Source: Eledone cirrhosa
Lineage: Eukaryota
NCBI GenBank assembly: GCA_964016885.1
Contig: OZ024753.1
Location: forward strand, 38,874,001 to 38,938,000
Length of the DNA stretch: 64,000 bases
Direction: 5' to 3'
Both the position numbers and the translations under genes were made by a program. Positions 1-13,652 of this stretch are shown piece by piece; the stretch's first letter is position 1, and every line of letters starts with the position of its first letter. Under the pieces are notes generated by a model. It made no database searches and was not told where the DNA came from. It was given only the letters and a program-made list of their open reading frames with translations.

Positions 1-268
1 GTGGTGGTGTGTTGGTTTGGTGGTGTGGTGGTGTGGTACACTTGTAGTAGTGTGTTGCTTTCGTGGTGTGGAGGTGTGGTGGTGTTGTGGTGGTGTGGTG
101 TCGTAGTCGAAACGACTTCAAGGTAAAACTATATGCCGACTAGAAAAATCTTCCATTGCTGAAACTGTGTTTTGTGTTTTCCGGGAATTTAAATAAATAA
201 ATATATAAAATATATAATTAAATAATTCAATATACATATATACACACACATGTGTGTATATATGTATA

Positions 269-519
<251 letters not shown>

Positions 520-1881
520 GGTGTATATAACAAATAGATAAATAAATATATTCGTATATATAACGTGCATTTCATTAACAAGAGTACAATTCTTCTTCTG
601 GGCTGAAATCAGTTTAACTTTTACATAGGGGAAGAAGAGATATCCAGATAGTCATGGCGTCAGTGGTGGGGGAGCTATTATTGGTGATATTGGTGATGGT
701 GGTGGTAGGGGTGTTAGTGGTAGTGGTGGTGCTGGTGGTGATGGGGTTAGTGGTAGTAGTTGTGGTGATGATAGAGGATGTGTTAGTGGTGGTAGTGGTG
801 TAGAGGGATTCGTGGTAGTAATGGTTCTGGTGGTTGTGGTGATGGTGGTGGTAGAGGTGTTAGTGGGATCCAGTTGCTCTCCAGCGTTTCAACATTCTTC
901 TTCTTCTTCTTCTTCTTCTTCTTCTTCTTCTTCTTCTTTGGTAGAAATCTACTATGTTCGAACCGAGACAAATATGGGCTTCTTCTCCCCCTCCTTGTCC
1001 TCCCACTACCATCACCCCCACCAAGATCACCACCAATAACACCACCACCAGCACCACCAGTACCACCACCAATAGTACCACCACCACCACCACCACCACC
1101 ACCACCAATACTACTACCACCACCACTAACACCACCACCAACAGCTCCTTCACTAAGTCCTTAGTTATGATGTCAGAGTAATAGACGTTAATCATTTATC
1201 TTTATCAATTTGTGAGGACATGTCCCAAAGTATTGTAAGCTCTCTACCATTGTCACACACAACTTTCCGCCTGTGCGTATGACACTTACTTTTATCTGCA
1301 TTCAAAATTATTGTTATATTGCCAACACTCTGCTCATCCTTATGAATATATTTCATCCTTTGACCAGAGTGTGGCTGCTAGAGACGAAATAGCTAGCTCT
1401 GTGTTTCTTAGTGTTCACTGAACATTCTCAAACAATCAACCTTCCGTTTACTTTTTCATTTAATTTTGATTACGTGTTTAGTGTTTCTGATTTCGTGAAT
1501 CGCGTTTGTCCCATATATCTCATGGGTAATTTCTGCTCTATCGAGTTTTGATTTCCTTTGGTACTTTCAGTTGTAGCTGTAGTTTGTTTCTGTACGTACA
1601 GCATGGCCGTATTGTTAAGATATTTGCTTTTCAATAAATAGATTCCGGGTTTGATTCCTCAGCATGGCAGCTTGAAAGATAAAGTACCAGAGCTGTACTT
1701 GGGGTAGATTCTTTCTCTATCCTTCTTTCCCATTGTTTTTCTCCCTTGTCTTCTCTCTCTTCTTGGTGGAAGAAACCCTCCGTGTTTAGACCTGGATATG
1801 CATAGGCTCCAGCAGGTTTAAAAGACCCATGACACCTCGCATACATGGATGGTAGAATGGTGAGATTTGTAAGACATAATT

Positions 1882-2072
1882 AATTGTTTCTACTTTTGAC
1901 ACAAGGCCAGCAATTACCCAGTACATTACTGGTACTTTATTTTATCGACCTCCGTAAGGATGAAAGGCAAAGTTGACCTTGGCGGGATTTGAACTCAGAA
2001 TGGTAAGGGCCGTAGCTCTATGTGTCAAAGCATGACGTCCGACCCTCTACCGATACTGCCAATCCACCGCCC
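1882..2072 (-). mobile_element. tRNA-derived SINE family A, full length
   Basis: Pol III A box (TGGCAGTATCGG), B box (GAGTTCAAATCCC), body GGTCGATAAAATAAAGTACCAG, tail GTAGAAACAATT. Many homologous copies in the window. Confidence 0.85.
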
Positions 2073-2341
2073 TAAAGACAATTAGGAGAAGGGGATCATA
2101 CTGACGTGTGGCATGTAGAAGCAAAGGATGTAGATCAGGATTGGAAAGTGATTAAATATTGAATCAGACAGTGGCAACGAGGCGGGTATGAGGGGTGTTC
2201 TATTTGTGGGCAAATAAGGTGACAGTACTGGCCATGTTTGGGTATTATAAGACCTACTTCGTGAAGTTTAGTCTTATTTCGTACTCAACTCATTTTCGAT
2301 TGACTGAGAGAATGTATTGAAATTAAAGAGAAAATCTTGTT

Positions 2342-2423
<82 letters not shown>

Positions 2424-2550
2424 AAGTTTTATTTAAATTGTTGGGTTACAACGAGTAAATATTTATAACTGATATAAAAGCACTCAACAAGTATTTGGAG
2501 TATATTTACGATATTAAATAAATGGAAACTATATTTATAAAACCATATTT

Positions 2551-2614
2551 ATTTCATTATATATATTTCAGGGATATCATATTAAAAATATGGTATGCCT
2601 TCATCAGACAAAAT
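2551..2614 (-). ncRNA. Type I hammerhead ribozyme motif (mirror copy, left arm of palindrome)
   Basis: Reverse complement of 2778-2841. Confidence 0.65.
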
Positions 2615-2777
2615 ACAATATAAACAGTCTTATAAATAGATAGATTTGACATACCTTACAACTTCAACTTCCATTTAAAAAGTTGATTTGGTAGTGACTA
2701 CCAAATCAACTTTTTAAATGGAAGTTGAAGTTGTAAGGTATGTCAAATCTATCTATTTATAAGACTGTTTATATTGT

Positions 2778-2841
2778 ATTTTGTCTGATGAAGGCATACC
2801 ATATTTTTAATATGATATCCCTGAAATATATATAATGAAAT
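2778..2841 (+). ncRNA. Type I hammerhead ribozyme motif (right arm of palindrome)
   Basis: ATTTTGT-CTGATGA(2785-2791)-extended stem II (AGG../..CCT, CATATT/AATATG)-GAAA(2823-2826)-palindromic ATATATAT stem III-AUA site-ATGAAAT, which pairs with ATTTTGT (two G-U pairs). Confidence 0.65.
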
Positions 2842-3768
2842 AAATATGGTTTTATAAATATAGTTTCCATTTATTTAATATCGTATATATATATATATGG
2901 TTAATCCTTATGAAAATATATAAATAATTTTAAAAAGGAACACGTAGGGTTAATGTCTATTCAATACATATTTTATGCATATGAAGATATTTTAAAATGA
3001 ATATATATGGACATAGATGATATATATACACATATGTAAATATATATACATATAACATATATTAATATATTTGGTTAAGATTTATGATTACATGAGTTTG
3101 TTTATATAATTATATATGATTATACATGACTAATCTATTTGAAGAAAGCATTTATTATATATTTCCTAAGGTTTCTTCTCGAATCCCTTCAAATAATTTT
3201 GTTTTCATATGTCAATTTTCATTTTTTTTTACTGTAAATGCTTCGATCTGTTTTTCTACAACATATATTTTCAATGTTGATATTTACATATAAAGTATAT
3301 TAATATACATGTAAATATTTCGCCAAATCTTTTTTTTTTTTTGTATCTTTGCTGCATCAATGATTCTTGCATCGGGTTTCATTTTGTTTTGTTCTAATTA
3401 CATCAGTTTTATTATAGATATTTAGCAACGTTTGAGATTTAACAATAAGTCTTTCAAACGAATGTCATTCATGATGATAAGCCTAGTTAGTTTTTATGAA
3501 ATAAATTTGCAAAAAATAAACTTTCTTTTCTTAGCGACTTTAGCTCTTTTAATACAATACTGCCAGAAATAGAATCTGGTCCTACGATACAAAAGTAAAT
3601 ATTTTTAAATGTTTAAAAATCTTCTATCATTTGATGTAAGAAGCTATGTTAAGTTATGTTCCAACTACCAATTTAATAATGGAGTTTGAGCGAGGTTTTC
3701 ACCATTACTATTTTTCTTTTCATTTTTGTTCAAACGCGAGTAAAATAAATAAAAAGTCTCCACCTTGT

Positions 3769-3840
<72 letters not shown>

Positions 3841-4572
3841 TATATATATATATATAAAACATGTCTTTATATATATATATATATATATATAAGTTTTGTT
3901 GAATGCTCTCAGTCTATTACACAACACATACTTAACAATAGGAATATCCGTTTACTATTTTGGGAATACATCTTTATTTAACACATTTTAGTTTTCAATC
4001 ATTTAAGAATTTCTAATAGTCTATGTTATCGCTTACAGGAGAGAGCAAGCTGTTGATGTAGACAAAATGAATGAGGTTAAGTGATAGGAGAGAACCTGGC
4101 CAGAAAAGGTCAAATCTTCGTTGAAGCTCAATTATATTTGATAAGCTAACTAGAATCTTTTGGCAGTAAAATAGGACATCGTTCGATACTGATAGAGAAA
4201 CCGTCATTTGTCTTGAAACATTACTAATGTTAGATACTTGTGTTTAATTACACACTAAGATCTTATTTTACTCTCAACAAAACAGACATGACATTGTAGA
4301 CAAATACACTTATTATCTCCTGTTGTTTGCTAGATACATTTACTTGCACTAATAATTAAACTTATAGATTAGAAAAATATGTTACGCCATTTCAAGAGAA
4401 GTTATGCATAGATTAGATAGGGGTGAGCGATATTCTGTCATATGTAATCTGTGAAAGAAATAAGCCTGAGATTCAATATCAGTTAAATCTTTTGAATTAT
4501 TTCATTACTTTGCTACTAACAATGATACTTCGACTTAATCAGGATTGATCCTGAGACAAATGACGACAATAA

Positions 4573-4945
4573 GGCTTTCTTATTTAGGCACAACCAACAA
4601 TTTTGGGTGAGGAGAAAGACGATTAAATCAACCCTAGTGTGTCACTAATACTTTATTTTATTGGCCTGGTAAAGAGGAAAAGCAAAGCTAACCTCGACGG
4701 GTTTTGAACTCAGGACGTAAAGAGACAATGATATGCCCGAAATTATGTTGTCCGACGCTCTACCGATATTGCCAGTCAACCATCCTAACGACGACAATAA
4801 TTGTTTCTACTTTTGGCACTTACCCCAGTACATTACTAGTACTTTATTTTATCGACCCCGTAAGGATGACAGGAAAAGTGAACCTCGGCGGGATTTGAAC
4901 TCAGACTGTAAAAGGCTGTAACTCTATGCTGCAAAGCATGGCGTT
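4573..4945 (-). mobile_element. Two adjacent SINE A copies (one old, one partial)
   Basis: Homology to family A at 4573-4785 and 4798-4945. Confidence 0.7.
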
Positions 4946-6244
4946 CTTTCTATTCTCATTGACAGTGACAAAATGTATTTTAAACAAGCATTGATAACCT
5001 TTTACGAGCAGTGAGTCGCGTGAGATATGGTTCATCATAAGGCGGGCCTCACTACTAAAAACATTTAAGATAATTTTCTTTATTAATCGGACCATTCGGG
5101 CCGGAGTTTGACCATGACAGATTTAAAACTTCGAAATATCTCAGGAATCATTGACAAAAATACCATAGGTCATAAGCCTATCACCCACACAGCTCTCATA
5201 ATCATTAATAATCGACACAATTCAGCATTGATTTCATCGTTTGTCTTCTTCTTCCTATATACATAGTTTCAGCAAACGTTTAATTATGATGTCTCATTAA
5301 TCTTTTGATTTCGAAAATATTTGAAGAATATAACTTTTAAAACTTATACATTTTTTTATTAGAAAAATGATAATTCGTAGAAAAAAAAATATGCTTTCGG
5401 TCTGTATTATTAACAGTTATTAAAATATAAAAAAAATAATATCAAAACACGTAGGCTTTCCTTTGTTTTGTATTTAACATTTATAAAAACCACCTAACCA
5501 AAATAAACCCCCTCAACTTTGAACATGTAACGAAGATTTGTTAAATTTCTCGATAAACATACATAAAGCCGAGTTTGTTATAAAGAGTTTTAAGCAAAAT
5601 AAAAGCTAAATACCTGTTTCATGGAATACATAATATTCCTAATTAATATACGTGTTTTTCGATATGTGTATACTTTAAAAATAAAACATTGTCGCCACAT
5701 CTTCATTAAACGTTCATATCTGTGCTAGCTTATTCAGGATTTTTAGATTCTATGAATTATACATGATATTTAAGCCGTGTACAAGTTTGTTTTCCTCATC
5801 ACCTCACCTCATTTTCGACCCTTAGGTAATCTTATGGTTGTTTTGTTTTGTTTACAGATAATTACATAAACAAAAATGTCCATTAGCTGCGTTAATTTAC
5901 ATTGTAGCTATTTAATTTTACTTGCAACCTTGCATTTTCGTTTTCTAATTAGGTAGGAGACATAGTTTTCCTCCAGTACGTCGTACTTTCTTAAACAGTG
6001 ACGTACTGTCAACAAACTTGTTTTCAAAAATATCTAAAAGCAACGCATATATTCATATATACACATATGCATATATATATACGTGCATACATATATACAT
6101 ATATACATACATAGATACATAGATACATACATATATATATATAAAGATATATATGTGTACATGTATATACATGTATATTTTATATGTTTTATATATAAAT
6201 ATATATATATCCTCACTCAAACACACATATCTATCATATATATT

Positions 6245-6307
<63 letters not shown>

Positions 6308-6849
6308 TTCTGTTTACCTTTTACACACATATATATATGTATGTGTCTATATGTATATATATGTATATATGGATATATGTATAAATGTATATATGTATGT
6401 ACGCATATATGTATGTATATATGTATATATATATACATATCTATACATAAATACTAAAACTGATAGTATATGAAAAGTGTTTATAAAATCAGTAAAAATT
6501 AACGATGATAATTAAAACACCAATAACTTCTAACAAGAACCAAAATGGCGACACTAATAATAGCTATGGCAGAGACTAAAATACTAACGAGAGAAAACAT
6601 ATTTACTTACCGAATAATTATTAAATTTAATTATATTAAAAGAAAACTGAATAAAGGGAATATTGATAAGTTTACTTGTAAACACTATGAAAAGTGTTAC
6701 AAGAAAGATGAAAGGTTTTTATGTGAATTTGTTTTCATGTTAAAACCAACACATACATGACATGCAACATTTTATATCTGAGAGCAGCGTTGTTACTTTG
6801 TTATCGTCTGATATCACTTCCGAACAGTTTTTATTGTTTGGTGAAGTGA

Positions 6850-6904
6850 AAGAGAGTGAGAGGGAGAGAGGGAGAGAGGGAAGTGGGTAGAGAGAGAGAA
6901 AGAT

Positions 6905-6985
<81 letters not shown>

Positions 6986-7253
6986 GAGAGAGATAGAAGT
7001 GGGTAGACAGAGATGGGTAGAGAAAGAGTGAGAGAGAGAAGGAGAGAGAGAGGAAGAGTGTGTGTTAGAGAGATAGAATGTGAAAGAGAGTGAGAGAGAA
7101 AGAGAACGAGAGCAGGGAGTAATAACAAAGAGAGGGGTGCGGAGAGAGAGAGGGAGAGAGAGAAGTGGGTAGAGGGAGAGATAGAAGTGGGTAGAGAGAG
7201 AGAGAGATAGAAGTGGGTAGACAGAGATGGGTAGAGAAAGAGTGAGAGAGAGA

Positions 7254-7290
<37 letters not shown>

Positions 7291-7512
7291 AGGTAGAGGG
7301 AGAGATAGAAGTGGGTAGAGAGAGATAGAAGTGGGTAGACAGAGATGGGTAGAGAGAGAGATAGAAGTGGGTAGACAGAGATGGGTAGAGAAAGAGTGAG
7401 ATAGAGAAGGAGAGAGAGAGAGAGAGAGTGTGTATGAGATAGAGAGAATGTGAAAGAGAGTGAGAGAGAAAGCGAGAGAGAGAGAGCAGGGAGTAGTGAC
7501 AAAAGAGGGATG

Positions 7513-7550
<38 letters not shown>

Positions 7551-7690
7551 GAGAGGTAGAAGAAAGAGAGAAAGTGTGTGCAAAAAAAAAAGATAGTGAG
7601 AGAAAGCGAGAGCAGGGTGCAATGATAAAGAGATGGACGATGAGAGAGAGGACAGTACAAAGAGAGAGAGAGAGAGGAGGAGGGAAAACG
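6850..7690. repeat. GA-rich complex repeat with GATAGAAGTGGGTAGA units
   Basis: Directly visible, with internal duplications. Confidence 0.85.
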
Positions 7691-7865
7691 GCATAAGGAG
7701 AGAGAAAGGGGTCAGAGATAGAGAGAGAGATATGGGTATGGAAGGAGAAAGCGTTAGAGATAGAGGGAGATGGATATGAAGAAGGCCAGGTGCTATGGAG
7801 AGTGAAAGGAATAGGAAAAAGACAGGTGGATAGAGATAGATATAAATAGTGATGTAGGGGTAGAC

Positions 7866-7880
<15 letters not shown>

Positions 7881-7903
<23 letters not shown>

Positions 7904-7985
7904 GGAGGTGAGTTTTATTGTAGTACAATAAAGCAATGCAGATATCGGATAAGAAGCACTCTACAGTTTGTAGGACTGGAGTATA
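7881..7985 (-). mobile_element. (TA)n-embedded retroelement 3' tail
   Basis: Reverse complement of 34501-34590. Confidence 0.55.
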
Positions 7986-9643
7986 AATAATATATAAGAT
8001 CAAAAGATGGTTAAAAGAGTTCCATGTATTTTATTATGCGCATTTCAAAAACAAATATCATCATGCAATAACATTTGCGTTTCGTCAGATAAAATAGGAA
8101 GACATGATATGAAGGTTAAAACACACTTGTGAATAGTGCAGTTTTAAATCAACATATATGTCTTAGTATGTTTGTTTGTACTTGTGTATGTCTGTGTGTG
8201 TCTGTGAATGTGGATAGATGGCTGAGTGGTTAGGAGATTCGGCTCCGCTGCCCTATCAAGGAAAGCAACATGAAATAAAGCACTATACCGAAGAACACGT
8301 CGTGCCGTCCGATCTAGGAATCAAATTCCGCGACATTATCATCGTGTTTCGAACTCCCTAACAACGATACAACCCACATTCAATAAATTTGTTTCAATTA
8401 ATTTAAGATTTAGAAACAATCATTCAATGAATGCACTTTTGTATAATTTTCTAAGCTAAGTTAGGGCATAGCACAACGGGAAACAAAAGCGAGCAATTGA
8501 TGGGAATGCAATGTCCGCCTCATTTCTAATAATGGTATTTTATATCTAGATATTAAATATCAATTATTTTAGGAAGAATAAATGTCAATTTGAAAAGTTC
8601 ATACCAGTCTGAGGTATCTACAGATTCGGTTTAAAAAAATACACGAGTCAACAAGAGCAGGATCTATGCTTTAGCTCGAGAAGGAGAGAGAGATAATATC
8701 TAAATGTCCATTATTTAACATCCGATCTTTGTTTAATACAATGAAATGAAATACATATTGTACAAGGTAGCTCTAAATGAATGTAGATATGGGCTGGTAA
8801 CTCCTGATATATTCATAGCTGTGCCAGGGTGAGAGTCGATTTCTGCCCGAGAAGGCGAGAGGGTGATAAAGAAGTGAGAAAGAAATATAGTTGATGAATC
8901 AATAATCAATCGCAATACTGAACTGGTACTTATTTTATCGACCTCGAAAAGATGAAGGGAGATGTTTATCTCGGTGAATACCGTAAATCATTCTATCTGA
9001 CGTTCTCAGGATGTTGCCAAATTGCTTTACATAGTTCTAGATACGCTGTCTAAATAAAATATACAATGGTTACGAGTGTAAGGTTGGTTGTTTTTATTAA
9101 ATCAGATCTATGAAGCTTGGCCTAGTGTTAAACCACACACAACAGGAACAAAAGAGTTAATAAAAGCTCAATCATGAGAGGTTGGAAGATCGGAAATGAA
9201 AGCTAGTACATTATGGTTATTTTTTGTTCAACTGATATTGAGACTTGGTTGGTTCCGACGACAAGTGTCCCAGTTGTTTGAAATAACGGAACAATATATG
9301 CACATAAAATTAACTTGCAATTGGATGTCCTTCATAGACACGTGCTCTCAGGGAGATTCAGAGGGACATATTATGTGATAGTTCTGGGCTCTTTCAAATA
9401 CAGATTCACAGGTTCAACTAAATTGTTTATATATATATAGCTGAGTGGACGATATATTTTTTTATATATAGTAACGTGAAATAAATATTTGCACCTTGCC
9501 GAAGATCAAAACCTTATGATCATAAGCTGAACATCCAAAACATTAAACTGCAAAACTTCACACACACTCACACGCACATGCAAACACACACAAACGCACA
9601 CACACAGAAAAACATTGGAAATATATTATGTAATAGTTGAAAA

Positions 9644-9693
<50 letters not shown>

Positions 9694-10243
9694 GAATTTA
9701 CAGAAAACAAGAGGACTGAAAGCGTTAATGGAAGTCCTGTCTCGAGAGAATGGAAGATCTGAAGTGTAAACAAGTGGGTTTTGTTTTCAGATAATAAAGC
9801 AATGTAATCCATTTAACTGTGTAACGGTGTGAGTGGTCACCTGTACATCATCTTCCTTAAACTAAAATCGATGTAGTTGTCATTAAGCAGTTTCCGGTGT
9901 TCTTTCTAACAGACGACTATCTAGAAGGTTCTAAAGCAAATTAGATTCACTCTGTTGCTGTTATATTCAGCTACCAATTTAATCGTTGCTATGGCAACGG
10001 TGTCTTCTTAATGAGTAATTTTTAGAATTTTGCTTAACTTTTACTTCATACAGGAATAAAATATTGATTGTGATATTCCTTTAACGTATAAAAACCTTCT
10101 ACGTACACAATCTACTTATACACACACATACAAATATATATATACATACATATATATATACATATATAATAGAGGCATACACACACACGCACACACATAC
10201 ACACAAACACAAACTCATATATATATGTATATATACATACATA

Positions 10244-10296
<53 letters not shown>

Positions 10297-10320
10297 ATAT
10301 ATATATATATATATATATAT

Positions 10321-10364
<44 letters not shown>

Positions 10365-10404
10365 ATATATATATATGGACATATATATATGGACATATAT
10401 ATAT

Positions 10405-10494
<90 letters not shown>

Positions 10495-10621
10495 AGATAT
10501 ATATATGGACATATATATATGGACATATATATATGGACATATATATATATATATATAATATATATATAAATATATATATATGGAGAGAGAGAAAGAGGGA
10601 GAGAGCGATAGAGAGAGATAG

Positions 10622-10709
<88 letters not shown>

Positions 10710-10990
10710 CACTATCTATGCTGGCATTCCATTCAGGTACAAATGTTTCGTTTGCTGCCTATTTCAGAATATTCTGAGACAGATTCCTGTATTGACACCA
10801 TCTGTACTTAAATGACATCATAGTTAGTGCAATAAATATTTGTATATAACCAATCGCCCCCCGTATTGAGTGCTCTCCCAACATTCGATATATGAGTGAT
10901 CAAAGCACTAGGAATATTTGCAATTTGTACAATCTGAAAATCTACAAAGTATGTGTGAAATTGTGAAATAAAAATCCATCATTATAGATA

Positions 10991-11178
10991 GGCGGTGGAT
11001 TGGCAGTATCGGTGGAGGTTCGGACGCCATGCTTTCCAGCATAGTTACGTCCCTTTATGATCTGAGTTCAAATCCCGCCGAGGTTGACTTTGCCTTTCAT
11101 CCTCACGGGGTCGATAAAATAAAGTACCAGTAATGCACTGGGTAATTGCTGGCCTTGTGCCTAAAGTAGAAACAATTA
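10991..11178 (+). mobile_element. SINE A, full length
   Basis: A/B boxes present. Flanking direct repeat ATTATAGATA. Confidence 0.85.
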
Positions 11179-11244
11179 TAGATAATAACTGAAATAATGG
11201 TATAAGGAATGAAGTGTTAGTCTATTGAAGTACAAAAGTATCTA

Positions 11245-11410
11245 CCGTATTTCCTGGCGCCGCAGACGCTTTGTCCTCGAGGACGCACCCTAATTTTGAG
11301 AACCAAAAATTTGAAAAGAAATAATAAACAACCTTCGGACTCAGGGACGCATGGTAAATTTTTGAGACATTTTAGGAAAAAAGAAGCGTCTTCAACGCCG
11401 GGAAATACGG
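11245..11410. mobile_element. Tc1/mariner-superfamily (Tc2-like) MITE
   Basis: TIRs CCGTATTTCCTGGCG / CGCCGGGAAATACGG with TA on each side. Confidence 0.8.
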
Positions 11411-11490
11411 TACTTGTTTTCACAAATCTAAAACTGCTATGGGCCAATATTATCTACATTATCGAACAGGGGCGACCTATCATTAAAACA

Positions 11491-11804
11491 CTAACCTCCC
11501 AGGCCACGTACAACTATATAAATGTGAGGTAATGTTATCTACATCTTAGGACAGAGCCCCCTCCCCCTTACCATTGAATCGACTCTCCATGGTTCTTTGC
11601 AGTGGCTGAAAATACCTTACCGGTGCCACTCGAATAAGGTAATTATTTAACCCATAAACGGGGCCCTAACAGGTACTACTACTCTGGGCCAGAGCAGACG
11701 TGGGAGTGATAACAATTAAGGGGTAACTCCACATTCCCCACAGCTTCTGAACTCCCGAACTGGAGCCTTGCCACTGGATGCATTTTAATGTCACACTCAG
11801 GACC
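11491..11804. mobile_element. Retroposon-type insertion with 16-bp target-site duplication
   Basis: ACCTATCATTAAAACA at 11475-11490 and 11805-11820 flanks a GC-richer 314-bp insert. Confidence 0.7.
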
Positions 11805-12111
11805 ACCTATCATTAAAACATACGTAAAACCTCCTGTGAGCTGCTACCTCGTAGCCCATTAAACCTAACTAGGTGTAAGCAATATTATTCACATGTTAAA
11901 ACACTCGTGAGACCTCATTGAAACACAAGCTCTTATGAGGACAATTAATCCTATATAGGTGTGATCTGTAAAATTCTATTTTTTTTTATTTTTAATGTTT
12001 TCTAAAACAGAAGATTTAGTCCAGTATTTCTGACACTCCATCTATCATACAAAAACAAATATTAACAACAAATTATATAATACAATTTCAAATAAAAGAA
12101 GAACTGTAGTA

Positions 12112-12724
12112 AAACAACAACAACAACAACAACAACAACAGCAACATCAATAGCAACAACAACAGCAACAACAACAGCAACAGCAACAACGATAACAGCA
12201 ATAACAATAGCAACAGCAACAACAACAATAGCAACAACAACAGCAACAAGAACAGCAACAACAACAACGATAACAGCAACAACAATAGCAACAGCACCAA
12301 CAGCAATAGCAACAATAACAACAACATCAATAACAAAAAACAACAGCAATGATAACAGCAACAACAATAGCAGCAGCAGCTACAGCATGGCAACAATAAC
12401 AACAACAACAAAAACAACAGCAACAACAACAGCAACGACAATAGAAACAACAACGGCAATGACAGAAACAACAGCAGCAACAACAATAACAACAACAGCA
12501 ACAGCAGCAGCAGCAACAACAACATCAACAGCAACTGCAATAGCAACAACTTGAACGACAGAAACAACAAAAACAACAGCAACAACAATAGAATCAACAG
12601 CAGCAACAACAATAATAACAACAGCAATAGTAGCAAAAGCAACATCAGCAACAACAGCAGTAACAGCAACTGCAGCAACAACAGCAGTAACAGCAACTGC
12701 AACAACAACAGCAACAGCAGCAAT
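12112..12724. repeat. Degenerate (CAA/CAG)n trinucleotide tract
   Basis: Directly visible. Confidence 0.9.
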
Positions 12725-12999
12725 AAAGAAAAGATGAAATAAATAACTGCAGAATAAAATAAATTCTCCAGTCGAATCTGTAAAATCTTTTGAAACATTA
12801 TTCTCTGGACAACTGTCAAACTAAGAAATAAATTGTTGCAGCAACTGTTTGTAATGTCTTTAGAAAGTGTTTCATTTCAACTGAGATCATTTTATTAATT
12901 GACTAGACAGCCATTTTCTGATTGCAGTTAACAATAATCTTCCCAGTGAGATGTAATCAGAAACCTCTTTATTTACTGTGGATGTTGTTAAATTTGCAA

Positions 13000-13330
13000 A
13001 CAGTGGGCAGACATATGTTGGTATTTAAATGTCAGATCGACCTCTTAAGTGGACGTACTACCATGGCTCAAGGGTTTAGAAGTTCGCTTCATCGTAACCT
13101 TTAGGTGCCAGGTTCGATTCATGTGTATGGTAGGTATATTTGGAGAAGTATTTATCCAATCACAACAGTGGGCAGACATATGTTGGTATTTAAATGTCAG
13201 ATCGACCACTTAAGTGGACGTACTACCATGGCTCAAATGTTTAGAAGTTCATTTCTTCGTAACCTTTAGGCCCCAGGTTCGATTTCCTTGTATGGTAGGT
13301 ATATTTGGATAAGTATATTTTCTTATCACA
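13000..13330. repeat. About 165-bp tandem duplication containing a decayed SINE head
   Basis: ACAGTGGGCAGACATATGTTGGTATTTAAATGTCAGATCGACC.. at about 13000 and 13164. Confidence 0.85.
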
Positions 13331-13504
13331 ACCTTATTTCGACACATGCTTTGTGAATGAAATCAGGTAAACAGAAACTCTTTGTAAGTGTGTGCGCGAG
13401 TGTGTGTGTGACAGCTCACACCTATGCAGGTTTAGCTGGCCTCCTCCAAGGTATATCTCGTTGGAGGTGTCTTGGGTGATTTAATGATAGGGACCCCAGT
13501 CCTA

Positions 13505-13652
13505 TCATCTCATTTTTACAGCTGAGTAAACTGGAGCAACGTGAAATAAAGTGTCTTGCTCAAGGAAACAACACATCACCCGGTCTGAGAATTGAATTCA
13601 CAACCTTTCGATTGCAAGCCCAATGCTCTAACCACTAAGCCATGCGCCTTCA
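13505..13652 (-). mobile_element. SINE B-type copy
   Basis: CAGCTGAGTAAACTGGAGCAACGTGAAATAAAGTGTCTTGCTCAAGG plus a tRNA-like head. Further decayed copies near 8215-8365, 40955-41035 and 55045-55170. Confidence 0.7.

Larger units (their letters stand above)
2421..2885. mobile_element. (TA)n-embedded fold-back retroelement fragment (Penelope-like terminal repeat) with 189-bp inverted arms
   Basis: Palindrome 2507-2885 centred on G2696. Flanked on both sides by (TA)n. Extra tail 2421-2506 has AATAAA on the minus strand. Confidence 0.6.

Noticed and set aside
10991-11080. tRNA genes suggested by A/B boxes
   Set aside because: They are heads of multi-copy SINEs, continuous with a SINE body and TSDs.
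12062-12819. Poly-L/V/N ORFs
   Set aside because: Degenerate trinucleotide repeat with no flanking coding signal.
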